A DNA stretch of 44,053 nt from a virus. The notes beneath the pieces were generated by a model. That model was not told the origin of the DNA and ran no database searches. It was given only the letters and a program-made list of their open reading frames with translations. The position numbers were made by a program, and so were the translations under genes. The DNA is taken from the IMG/VR virus record IMGVR_UViG_3300046721_000236. One strand, written 5' to 3'. Below are positions 24,997 through 33,069 of the stretch, one piece after another; within the stretch, counting starts at the first letter, position 1; each line of letters opens with the position of its first letter.

Positions 24997-26261
24997 TAGA
25001 CGCCGGTCCCTGTAAACGTCGTCACGCTATTTGGCGCGAGACTGGCCGTAAAGATATTGCGCACGACGGGCACGGTCGACAATGTCACGAGATTATTCGA
25101 GGCATCCGTGAGGTGCGGCGTCATCGTCGGCGGCGTCGAGCCGAGCCCCAGCAATCCCACTTGTTTCGTCACGGTCGTGCCATTGGTATTAATCGCCACG
25201 AGCACACACTGTCCGTTGCTCGGATTGCGATACGCCGTGAGTGATACACCGCTGACGGTTCCCAACGTGCCGACGCGCACATATCCCGGCCGCACAAACT
25301 TACTGAAATTCCCCATCACGAAAAACCGTTTCGTAGTCGGCACAATATCGTTGTTATCGCCAATCAAGCCTTGATTCGACGCATCATGGCCATAAATCCA
25401 CCACCAATGCCACGCATTGACTTGGCTATTTGCGATGCAGTCGTGAATCCAGCCGGCCACAGTGAGCGCATTCGCCATACTGCCGTCGAAGGCTTCGAAG
25501 GACGACATCTCCGTTTGCCAGTTCGTATGCCCAGCAATGGCCGATGTCGTGCCGCCATATTGATGCCAGGCGCAAATATCGAGATACGGCGCGGCCGTGC
25601 CATCGGCTTGTACCGCGCTGACATAGCCAGGATTGAGCGAGGCGGCGGCCGGCTCCGCCAGAATTAACCGAGGCCGAGGAGAAAGCGCCGCCAATTTCGG
25701 CCCCAGCACCTTGACGAAGTTCGTCATTTCAGCGGTCGTATAGAGCATCGACTCATACGACGCCGTAAAATCTGGCTCGTTTTGAATCGAGAGCGCATAG
25801 AGCGTAACGCCCGCATTTATGACGATATTCGCTTGAAAGCCCGCGAGACGTGTCGCCCAATCGTCATAGTTGATGACGAGTAAATGACCGCCGCCGGTTT
25901 CGCTGCCATTGTCTTTCCACGCCGCCGGGCCGGTCCAAGGCGTGGCCCAAATGAGCGCCCCGCGTGCCGCCGCCTTCGTCAGATTGGAATAGGCGCCACG
26001 GAAGAGGGTGCCATCGCTGGCGATATCCGTGCGCAGAAATGTCAGGCCGATCTGACCTGGGCCATTGAGAAAAAACAAATCCGCCCAGGCATCCGTCAGC
26101 GGGACAAAGCCCAGATAGGCATCTGAGGCGCCAAACCCATCTATTGTTTGCTGGACATTCCCGAAATCCATTGTGAGATCGGGCGCAAAGACGGGGTCCG
26201 CAACGTGACTGCGCGTCTGCCGGATTTGATAGGTGCCCATCAGCCCGGAACCGATGGGCAC
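24996..26261 (-). CDS. Glycoside hydrolase family 30-like enzyme
   Basis: QQTIDGFGASDAY near the N-terminus, SIQNEPDF (acid/base Glu), NWQTEMSSF (nucleophile Glu), AWHWWW, and a C-terminal beta-sandwich ...VSLTAYRNPSNGQCVLVAINTNGTTV. GTG start. Confidence 0.8.
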   Translation of the reverse strand: MPIGSGLMGTYQIRQTRSHVADPVFAPDLTMDFGNVQQTIDGFGASDAYLGFVPLTDAWADLFFLNGPGQIGLTFLRTDIASDGTLFRGAYSNLTKAAARGALIWATPWTGPAAWKDNGSETGGGHLLVINYDDWATRLAGFQANIVINAGVTLYALSIQNEPDFTASYESMLYTTAEMTNFVKVLGPKLAALSPRPRLILAEPAAASLNPGYVSAVQADGTAAPYLDICAWHQYGGTTSAIAGHTNWQTEMSSFEAFDGSMANALTVAGWIHDCIANSQVNAWHWWWIYGHDASNQGLIGDNNDIVPTTKRFFVMGNFSKFVRPGYVRVGTLGTVSGVSLTAYRNPSNGQCVLVAINTNGTTVTKQVGLLGLGSTPPTMTPHLTDASNNLVTLSTVPVVRNIFTASLAPNSVTTFTGTGV

Positions 26262-26270
26262 CCAGAGGGA

Positions 26271-26771
26271 TTAACCGATTTCGCGATACGCCACACCCCA
26301 CGACCACGCCGTGAGCGTTGATGGCGTCGACGTGAACTGGAGGAAGTTGCCCGACGTGCAGCCCGGCATCGCCAGCATCGTTTCGGCCGGCGTGGGCACC
26401 CAGAGCCAGCCGTTCAGCACGTTGAAGTTGTCCCAATAGATTTTGACTTCCGTGCCGCCACCGTTGGCCGAGCTGTTGACCCCGCAGGTGCCCGCGGCGC
26501 CTGACGTGCCGCCCACGAGGTTGGCAGTCGGCAGGCCCAGCGAGGTCTTCGCGGGCGTGGCACTGACCACGGTCGGAAAGACAGTCAGTTTCGTGCCGAG
26601 GGCAACCCCCTGTTGGGCGCTGGTCGCATTGGCCCGCTGGCTGACCCATGCGCGGAGAATTTCGTAGCCGGGCACCGAGGCACCGCCGGCTGACGGATTC
26701 ATGAAGACCAACTGCGGCGCCGCCACCACGGTCTGGTTGTCGACGGAAATCGTATAGGTGCGGTCAGCCAC
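26271..26771 (-). CDS. Hypothetical 166-aa beta-rich protein, distant paralog of ORF 20077..20586
   Basis: GTG start with AAGGAG upstream. See the paralog note for 20077..20586. Confidence 0.55.
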   Translation of the reverse strand: MADRTYTISVDNQTVVAAPQLVFMNPSAGGASVPGYEILRAWVSQRANATSAQQGVALGTKLTVFPTVVSATPAKTSLGLPTANLVGGTSGAAGTCGVNSSANGGGTEVKIYWDNFNVLNGWLWVPTPAETMLAMPGCTSGNFLQFTSTPSTLTAWSWGVAYREIG

Positions 26772-26783
26772 GGGAGACTCCTT

Positions 26784-27050
26784 TTACTGCGATGACAGTT
26801 CGCCAGCCATGACAAACGTCTGGCCCGGCCGTTCGTAATCGATTTCCTGCCCCGTGCGCGCGTCCAGACACTTCAACCGCTCAACCTGCCCTGTCCCGTT
26901 GCATTTCGGACAGTCGATCGTGAGGTCTTCCCCGGTCAGCCGGTTATAGCCCAGCCACATCTTGCCGGGATGCCGTTTGTAATCGCTGCAGGCGATACAC
27001 TTCATCCAGCCCACCGGAATCATGATGACGGGCACGGCTTCCTGAGCCAT
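26784..27050 (-). CDS. Zinc-ribbon protein with a DnaJ-type CxxCxGxG motif (88 aa)
   Basis: KCIAC ... CPKCNGTGQV. Confidence 0.55.
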   Translation of the reverse strand: MAQEAVPVIMIPVGWMKCIACSDYKRHPGKMWLGYNRLTGEDLTIDCPKCNGTGQVERLKCLDARTGQEIDYERPGQTFVMAGELSSQ

Positions 27051-27562
27051 TACGCGCTCTTCGCCTTCTTCGGCTCAAACGAGGCCAGCACAGCTTCCAA
27101 GTCTTCGGCCGAGAGTTCAGCCATCTGTTCCTGAATCGCGTTCATGCGGGCTTTCTTCTGCCCATCGATGACCAGCGCGCGATCCGCGGGGCTCAATCGC
27201 TCGAGCATCAGGCGAATCGTCTCGGACTGATCCACAACGGCCGTGCCTGGGTCCATCTCGAGAAAGCCCTGCGCCAGCATCCGTTTGTGTTCCGGCTCGC
27301 TCTGCACGGTGATCTCTTCGCCGTCAGCACTCCAGAGCAGGCGCGGATAGGGAAACGTCTTGCCGGCATCCGGGTTGTTGCGTGGCCCTTCGACCGACCA
27401 GAAGAACGTGGGCCGCGGGTCGTCCTTCGTCGGCAGCAGTCGCAGATCATGCAACTGCCGCGGGCGGAACGGTGAGCGCCCGCCTTGCAGATCCGCCGTG
27501 TTCAGCGAGCCGTCTGCAATCGCCGCCCGAATTTCTGCGAGCAGTTCAGCATTCAGTGCCAT
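27050..27562 (-). CDS. Hypothetical protein (170 aa)
   Basis: ORF track. 1-nt overlaps with both neighbours. Confidence 0.55.
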   Translation of the reverse strand: MALNAELLAEIRAAIADGSLNTADLQGGRSPFRPRQLHDLRLLPTKDDPRPTFFWSVEGPRNNPDAGKTFPYPRLLWSADGEEITVQSEPEHKRMLAQGFLEMDPGTAVVDQSETIRLMLERLSPADRALVIDGQKKARMNAIQEQMAELSAEDLEAVLASFEPKKAKSA

Positions 27563-28350
27563 TAGTAGCCCTTCAGCTCCGATTCCACAATCGTGTTCGT
27601 GCCCACGAAGTTGGTGCCGCCATTGAACGAGACGCCCAGGAATCCGCCCGGCGTCGAATCAAAGGCCGACGACACCACGGACAACTGACCATTCCCAGAG
27701 GCGCCGGTCGCCACAAGGCCCGTCGCCGCCAGCGCATGACTACAGACACATGTGCCGGCCATAATCGCGGCCGTGCCGCCGAGGCGGATATGCGATGTGA
27801 CCGTAAAGGTGCCAGTATCCACGGCCGCCGTGCCTGCGCCCCAGGTAAACGTCAGAATCGCCGGATCGGCCACGGTCCCGAGCGTGCCATACCGCACGAT
27901 GACGGTGGCCGCCGCGGTGCCTGCCGCCGTCTTCACCATGTCGAAGACACAGGTGAAGCGCATGCCATTCTGGATGACACCCGGCCCGACCGGAATCGCG
28001 GATCCCGCCAGATAGGTATCCGCCGCGTAGCCCGTTGAGGAGGTGACACTCGCCACACTCACGGCCGAATTGAGAATCTGATTAAACGCCGGGCCGATCT
28101 GATAGGTCTGCTGAAACTCACTGGTTAGCCCATACCAGACCGGGGCGCCGTTTTCGTGCGGCAGTGAGATCGAGCCGTTGTAGCCGGGCACGACCCCGAT
28201 GGTCGGTGACACCGTGACATCCGTCACGCGAAAATATTCATCTTCGCAGAGGATGATCATTTTGTTCGCGATGCCGGTCGCGGACGTCAACTTCAGCGTC
28301 TTATCATTGGCCGCTTTGGCGAGGGCGAGCGTCGTGGATACGAGTGCCAT
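27562..28350 (-). CDS. Capsid-proximal protein, tandem paralog 2 (262 aa)
   Basis: N-terminal 80 aa MALVSTTLALAKAANDKTLKLTSATGIANKMIILCEDEYFRVTDVTVSPTIGVVPGYNGSISLPHENGAPVWYGLTSEF aligns with ORF 28350..28937. Confidence 0.6.
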   Translation of the reverse strand: MALVSTTLALAKAANDKTLKLTSATGIANKMIILCEDEYFRVTDVTVSPTIGVVPGYNGSISLPHENGAPVWYGLTSEFQQTYQIGPAFNQILNSAVSVASVTSSTGYAADTYLAGSAIPVGPGVIQNGMRFTCVFDMVKTAAGTAAATVIVRYGTLGTVADPAILTFTWGAGTAAVDTGTFTVTSHIRLGGTAAIMAGTCVCSHALAATGLVATGASGNGQLSVVSSAFDSTPGGFLGVSFNGGTNFVGTNTIVESELKGY

Positions 28351-28937
28351 TAGGCCACCGTGACGCCGTTCTGTGCCACGCAGGCCCAGACGCCGTTAGA
28401 TGCTTTCATCGTGCAACTATTGCCGACCGCGCCGCCGAAGGTCGCCACGTCTGTGGCTGCGGCGTTACCCGCCATCGTGATCGTATGCGCCTGCGCCGTC
28501 GTGCTGATAAACACGAGCGTATTCTGCTGATCAATGGCTGGTGCGGCGAGCGTCATTGCGCCGACGCCCGCTTTCGTCAGGTAGATAATCGCCACGTCTG
28601 AGGTCGGCACGGTGCCCACGCCGCCAGGGCCGGTAATGGCGCCGCTGACGCCGAAGCTCTGACTCGTAACCGTTCCACGTGGAACGACTCCGACGTTCAC
28701 GAAATCGCTTTGCACGCCGTAGATGACCGGCGCGAGGATGCCGTGCGGCCCGGCCGTTGAGCCGAGATAGCCGGGCACGACACCAAGGACTGGCGTCAAG
28801 GCGTTGCTGGTGATCCGCATCCATTCGGCATCCACCAGCGCCAGCATTTTCGGCAGGGCGCCGGTCGCGGAGGTCAGATTGATCACGACATCGTTGGTCG
28901 CTTTCGCACTCGCAAGCGTGGTCGCAGTTAAGGCCAA
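28350..28937 (-). CDS. Capsid-proximal protein, tandem paralog 1 (195 aa)
   Basis: TTG start with GGAGA upstream. MALTATTLASAKATNDVVINLTSATGALPKMLALVDAEWMRITSNALTPVLGVVPGYLGSTAGPHGILAPVIYGVQSDF. Confidence 0.6.
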   Translation of the reverse strand: MALTATTLASAKATNDVVINLTSATGALPKMLALVDAEWMRITSNALTPVLGVVPGYLGSTAGPHGILAPVIYGVQSDFVNVGVVPRGTVTSQSFGVSGAITGPGGVGTVPTSDVAIIYLTKAGVGAMTLAAPAIDQQNTLVFISTTAQAHTITMAGNAAATDVATFGGAVGNSCTMKASNGVWACVAQNGVTVA

Positions 28938-28992
28938 GTTCGTATCTCCAAGTTGAGGTTCACGGGCACGTGCTCTCTAGACCTCTCGGCCT

Positions 28993-30237
28993 CTAACCGC
29001 ACACTTTACATGCCAGCTCTTGCCGCAGCACCGCCGTGCCATACAGCACGTCAAGGCGCTGAATCCACTGGTCTGTGGTCGCCACGTAATCGCGGATGCA
29101 GCGAATCGCCTTGCCGGATTTCTTCGACGCCGCCCGATACGCCCTGTCCGTTCCGCCCGGCAGCGGCATATCCACCATCGCCAGCGTGCCAAAGTTCTTG
29201 TTGGCGACCATGTTGAACGGGGTTGACTTGCTGAGGATGGTCGAGAACGATGCAGCCGGCGTGTCGTAGACATAGACGGCTGTCGAGACGGCTGGCAGGT
29301 TCGTCACGTTCTGCAACTGCTGGCCGGGACCATACATCGCAGGCGCAAAGGGAATCACCATCGTGCCGCCCGAATCGCTCGTGGTCGCCGTGACCACGAA
29401 CTGCATCGGCGATCCCATATTCTGATAATTCTGGGGATTGACGAGGTTGACCGGCGTCGTCGTCGACACGAAGCTAATCGTATCGCCCGCGTTGAGTGTG
29501 CCCGTCGTCCAACCCGTCGTGCTGATCGTCGTGGCGCCGTTGGCCGGAGCTGTGCCCACGACCGGCGTCGAGGATCCGAGCGCCCCGACGGTCTGCACGT
29601 AGATGTTCTGGTCCATGTCCCAGGCCATGCCGAGCGTGCCCGATTCCGTCATGCTGCCCGATTCATACTGCGCGCTGATGGCTTTGCCGCTGTTATACAG
29701 CGTCTTCAAGTTGTCCATCAGGGTGAAATCTGCGACGGGCGAGAGCCAGGCGTAGCGGTCTTCGGACGGGCAGGCGTTGTTGTCCAGCTTCACCTTGGCG
29801 AGTCCGTACGTCGTGAGCGTCGTCGGCGTCGTGCCTGGCGTGCCGACCGAGTTGTTCAAGCCCTGCGCCAAGTTGCAGACATCTTGGTCGATCAGGTTGT
29901 TGAGGCGCACGATCTGGGGCTTGAGGACGCGTTCGCGGTAGTTATCGATGTCGAGGGCGAGGTTCTGAGACGACACCTGCGTATCGATGCCGCGCTGATA
30001 CGACAGCGTCAGCGGCACGAACGTCTCAGTAATCGCTTCGATCTGGGCGGCCTGTCCGAGACGCCCCAGATACCGGGGTGGCTTGCGGATATTCAACGTC
30101 TGGCCGAGGACGGTCCCACCAAAATCAAACTGGTCGGAATACTCGCTGTTGATGCGCTGCATCACCTTGTCGGTGTTCTCGAGCACATCCAGCGCTTCAA
30201 ACGTTACGATATCGTTGGTGAGGAACGTATTCGCCAT
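28993..30237 (-). CDS. Major capsid protein (P22 coat-like, HK97 fold)
   Basis: 414 aa, directly after the scaffold candidate. MANTFLTNDIVTFEALDVLENTDKVMQRINSEYSDQFDFGGTVLGQTLNIRKPPRY... follows the P22 gp5-family N-terminal pattern. Confidence 0.7.
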   Translation of the reverse strand: MANTFLTNDIVTFEALDVLENTDKVMQRINSEYSDQFDFGGTVLGQTLNIRKPPRYLGRLGQAAQIEAITETFVPLTLSYQRGIDTQVSSQNLALDIDNYRERVLKPQIVRLNNLIDQDVCNLAQGLNNSVGTPGTTPTTLTTYGLAKVKLDNNACPSEDRYAWLSPVADFTLMDNLKTLYNSGKAISAQYESGSMTESGTLGMAWDMDQNIYVQTVGALGSSTPVVGTAPANGATTISTTGWTTGTLNAGDTISFVSTTTPVNLVNPQNYQNMGSPMQFVVTATTSDSGGTMVIPFAPAMYGPGQQLQNVTNLPAVSTAVYVYDTPAASFSTILSKSTPFNMVANKNFGTLAMVDMPLPGGTDRAYRAASKKSGKAIRCIRDYVATTDQWIQRLDVLYGTAVLRQELACKVCG

Positions 30238-30252
30238 CGGGCGGCCCTACTC

Positions 30253-31239
30253 TTATCGACGCGCTTTCCGTTCAGCCTCCCGCCGCGCTTTGTAGGCGGC
30301 GTAATCGCCCTTGCGGGCAGCTTCGGCAGACGGGGATGGCGTCGTTGGGCTACCGGACCCCACTGGCTGAATTGGGGCAGGCGGCGTCATCGTTCCGGCG
30401 GTCGGCGTCGAGGCCAGCGGTGCGGCGCCGTTCGTCGGGGCCACCGTGGAGAGCAGCATTCCAAACTCAATCGGATTCGCTTGCGCGAGCTTTTGAGCGA
30501 GGGCGCCGTCCTTCACGATCGCATATTGCACATGCTCACTCTGCGGATGCTGCAAGATGGCCTGAATCTTCGCATGATCCATCGGCACTTGCGAGCCGGG
30601 TCCGGTCGTGCGCATCGCATCGAAGTCTGCATACACTTTCCGCCCCTTTGCCCAGGTGCTTTCGGCGTGGTTCAGAAAGTCGCGAGAGGCCCGATCCGCT
30701 TCGATGCTTTGCCGGATACGGGCGTCGATGCCGGATTGCTGCTCTTCAGCGACCCAGCGCGCAGAGTCTAGCACGAATTCTGCGTAGGTTTTATATTTCG
30801 TGCCGATCTCGTCTTCCGTGGGCTGCGGACGGTTCCCCGAAGGGAGCCCCGAATCTCCCCGTTCGGGGCCAGACGGTGAAGGCGGCGCCGGGGCCGCAGC
30901 CGCAACCGGGGCGGTCGCGGGCGGGGTGGGTGCCGTAGGAGGCTGAACCTTCGCCCGAAGCTCCGCAAGCTCGCGCTCGTAGGTGGCCGCTTTCGCTTCG
31001 GCCTCCTTTCGGGCTTTCGTCAGTTCAGCAAATCGCGCTTGGCCACGGGATTGTTTGACGGGCTCGGCAGGCGTTGATGGAGTTTCAGTCGGCGCTTCGA
31101 CGGGCTCTGGTTCATGCCGCTCCATCACGTCGGCCAGCGCCTCCGATGTGACGCCCATCCCGCTCAGCGTGCGCCCGGTCGCGGATTCGTGCGTGGTAAT
31201 CGCGTTTGGGTCCGGTGCTGCCGCTTCTGTTTCTGCCAT
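30253..31239 (-). CDS. Scaffolding protein candidate
   Basis: Immediately upstream of the coat gene. Has a coiled-coil (FAELTKARKEAEAKAATYERELAELRAKV), Pro/Ala-rich linkers and a basic C-terminus. Confidence 0.55.
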   Translation of the reverse strand: MAETEAAAPDPNAITTHESATGRTLSGMGVTSEALADVMERHEPEPVEAPTETPSTPAEPVKQSRGQARFAELTKARKEAEAKAATYERELAELRAKVQPPTAPTPPATAPVAAAAPAPPSPSGPERGDSGLPSGNRPQPTEDEIGTKYKTYAEFVLDSARWVAEEQQSGIDARIRQSIEADRASRDFLNHAESTWAKGRKVYADFDAMRTTGPGSQVPMDHAKIQAILQHPQSEHVQYAIVKDGALAQKLAQANPIEFGMLLSTVAPTNGAAPLASTPTAGTMTPPAPIQPVGSGSPTTPSPSAEAARKGDYAAYKARREAERKARR

Positions 31240-31454
31240 TAGCCCTTCTTGCTATGGAGGTATTTCCCGAGGTTACGGTGCGGATGCCCGCTCGCCTTCG
31301 CGACGTGCGCCGGCTTGCCCTTCGATGAACCCACAGCAAAATCGTGGAGCTGGCTCATGCTCATGCTGGAGCGCACCTTTTTTGCCATCGCGAAATTCGC
31401 TCCATGTTCCGCCGCACGCATGAGGTTGGCCTGAGCCTTTGACTTGGCGGGCAT
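31239..31454 (-). CDS. DUF3008-like small basic protein (71 aa)
   Basis: MPAKSKAQANLMRAAEHG...SMSMSQLHDFA...KGKP resembles the MPAKSKAQ...SMS..L.EFA pattern. GGAG lies 6 nt upstream. Confidence 0.55.
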   Translation of the reverse strand: MPAKSKAQANLMRAAEHGANFAMAKKVRSSMSMSQLHDFAVGSSKGKPAHVAKASGHPHRNLGKYLHSKKG

Positions 31455-31479
31455 GTCTGCTCCGTGTTAGTTTCTCGCC

Positions 31480-31659
31480 ATGATTGAACTACTGCTGATC
31501 CTTATCGTCTGCGGGGTCGCGCTCTACCTCGTCGAAACCTACATCCCCATGAGCCCGCCCATCAAGGTCGTCATCCGCGTCGTCGTCGTGCTCCTGCTCG
31601 TGCTCGTCCTGCTCCGGGCCTTCGGCATCGGGGACATCCCCGTACCCAGGGTGCGATAG
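31480..31659 (+). CDS. Small two-TM membrane protein (59 aa, Thivi_2564-family-like), antisense to the late operon
   Basis: MIELLLILIVCGVALYLVETYIPMSPPIKVVIRVVVVLLLVLVLLRAFGIGDIPVPRVR. Third codon positions are very C/G-rich. TTGGCG-18-(TGt)TAGTTT lies 6 nt before the ATG with no SD. Below the track cut-off. Confidence 0.5.
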   Translation: MIELLLILIVCGVALYLVETYIPMSPPIKVVIRVVVVLLLVLVLLRAFGIGDIPVPRVR

Positions 31660-31806
31660 CTCGTATTCCATCACCGCCTCCCGCGCCTCGAGCACGGCCT
31701 CAGCACTGCGCCCGATACAGCACAGACCGGGGCCAAGCTCCATATACAACCGCGTCCGCATGAGCGGCGAGAGTTCAATCTCTGCCGGCTCAGGCATCAG
31801 CGACAT
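31489..31806 (-). CDS. Questionable ORF (105 aa) whose C-terminal half is the codon-for-codon antisense of the 59-aa membrane ORF
   Basis: 1-nt overlap (TGATG) with the upstream Big_2 gene supports it. The acidic tail DEHEQEHDDDADDD is the expected shadow of a Val/Leu-rich sense frame. Confidence 0.3.
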   Translation of the reverse strand: MSLMPEPAEIELSPLMRTRLYMELGPGLCCIGRSAEAVLEAREAVMEYELSHPGYGDVPDAEGPEQDEHEQEHDDDADDDLDGRAHGDVGFDEVERDPADDKDQQ

Positions 31807-32234
31807 CAGGGCTGCGGCACCGGCTCCGACGCCGTAATCTCGATCGACGTCGCTTCAGCCGCCGTCACGGTAATGTCGAACGTGCCCTGAATGTTCCGCA
31901 CCCCAGGCGTCAGATCCGCATCGGCAATGACCGTCACAGTGCAGGCGCCGATCGCCGTGCCCTTGACGAGCGCCGTGAGGCCCGTCGCATCCGGCGCGAT
32001 GGACACGACCGCCGGATTCGACAGCTGCCATTCGGGCACGCCATCGACGGTTGACCCTTTCGGCAGGGGCGTGGCGGTGAGGGTGGTTTCTTGCGTGGTG
32101 CTCATGGAGATAGGCATCGGATTCTGCTCCTGTATCGGGCCGCTAGTAATCTGCAACGATTTGGCGCCGGGTTTCTTGTTCGGCGACACGATGGTAACGC
32201 GCTTCTTCTTGATCACCACGATAATTGTGCTCAT
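31806..32234 (-). CDS. Big_2 (bacterial Ig-like group 2) domain protein, possible capsid decoration
   Basis: PAVVSIAPDATGLTALVKGTAIGACTVTVIADADL...GTFDITVT. Confidence 0.6.
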   Translation of the reverse strand: MSTIIVVIKKKRVTIVSPNKKPGAKSLQITSGPIQEQNPMPISMSTTQETTLTATPLPKGSTVDGVPEWQLSNPAVVSIAPDATGLTALVKGTAIGACTVTVIADADLTPGVRNIQGTFDITVTAAEATSIEITASEPVPQP

Positions 32235-32881
32235 TGCACCACGACGGTCATGGGCCGCGTCGCCCCGCCAGCCGTGCAGCCATTCACATCCGTCGCCTGC
32301 ACGGTCAGTTGATACGTCCCCGCCGGCACGGTGGCCGTGAAATAGGAACCCGCGACGTCGTTGAGGCGTGCGCCATTCAATCGGCCCTGCTCCACGCCAT
32401 TAAACAACACGCTGACCATCGTCACATCGCTTTTACTTTGCAGTAGCGAATACAGCACTTGCCCGACGCCACCCGTCGGTAGTGTGCGCGCCCACGACCC
32501 GACTGTGAGTGACACATTCGCCGGATTCGCACAGCCCGACATCACAAAGGGCGCGGATTTCGCGCTTTCGGCTGAATTATTGACCGTATCCGTGGCCGTC
32601 ACTTGCGACGAGGCGCCCGGCACCGTTGCGCCGATGGATGATACCTGCGTGACGGGCGCTTGACAGGATGCCGTGACTGGCGAACCAGTATCCGTCGTCG
32701 AGCACGTCACCATCGTGAGGGTCGCCGTGGATTGCGTCGTCACACCCGGAGACGTTACATACACTTTATAGGTAAACCCTTGCGCCACGGCCGCACTTGT
32801 GACGTTCGGCTGACTCCAGAAGATCTGCGCCTGCGCCGGGGAGGCGATGACGAGCAAACCCACGAGCAGGCGGGCTCTCAC
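32231..32881 (-). CDS. Signal-peptide protein with Ig/FN3-like beta-sandwich domains
   Basis: GTG start in a GTGA overlap. MRARLLVGLLVIASPAQA-QIFW. Ends ...GSYFTATVPAGTYQLTVQATDVNGCTAGGATRPMTVVVQ. Confidence 0.6.
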   Translation of the reverse strand: MRARLLVGLLVIASPAQAQIFWSQPNVTSAAVAQGFTYKVYVTSPGVTTQSTATLTMVTCSTTDTGSPVTASCQAPVTQVSSIGATVPGASSQVTATDTVNNSAESAKSAPFVMSGCANPANVSLTVGSWARTLPTGGVGQVLYSLLQSKSDVTMVSVLFNGVEQGRLNGARLNDVAGSYFTATVPAGTYQLTVQATDVNGCTAGGATRPMTVVVQ

Positions 32882-33069
32882 TTGCCGTCTCGCAGGATTT
32901 CCAGTTTGGCTTCAATCTCGCGGATATCGGACGCCGCATCCTGCACGGCATGCCAGTCGCCCGATTCCAGCTTGATCTGACAATAGGCAATCAGGCCCGC
33001 TTTCCGCTTCTGGAGTTCGACGATCAGTCGATCTTGCGGATTTGGCGAAAACTTCGTCGCGGTATTCAT
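32878..33069 (-). CDS. Hypothetical helical protein (63 aa)
   Basis: ORF track. ATGA/GTGA overlaps on both sides. Confidence 0.5.
   Translation of the reverse strand: MNTATKFSPNPQDRLIVELQKRKAGLIAYCQIKLESGDWHAVQDAASDIREIEAKLEILRDGK

Noticed and set aside
28938-28992. A hairpin or terminator after the major capsid gene (GCACGTGC palindrome).
   Set aside because: It offers only a loop-less 8-bp palindrome and 4-bp alternative stems, with no U tract. That is too weak to call.
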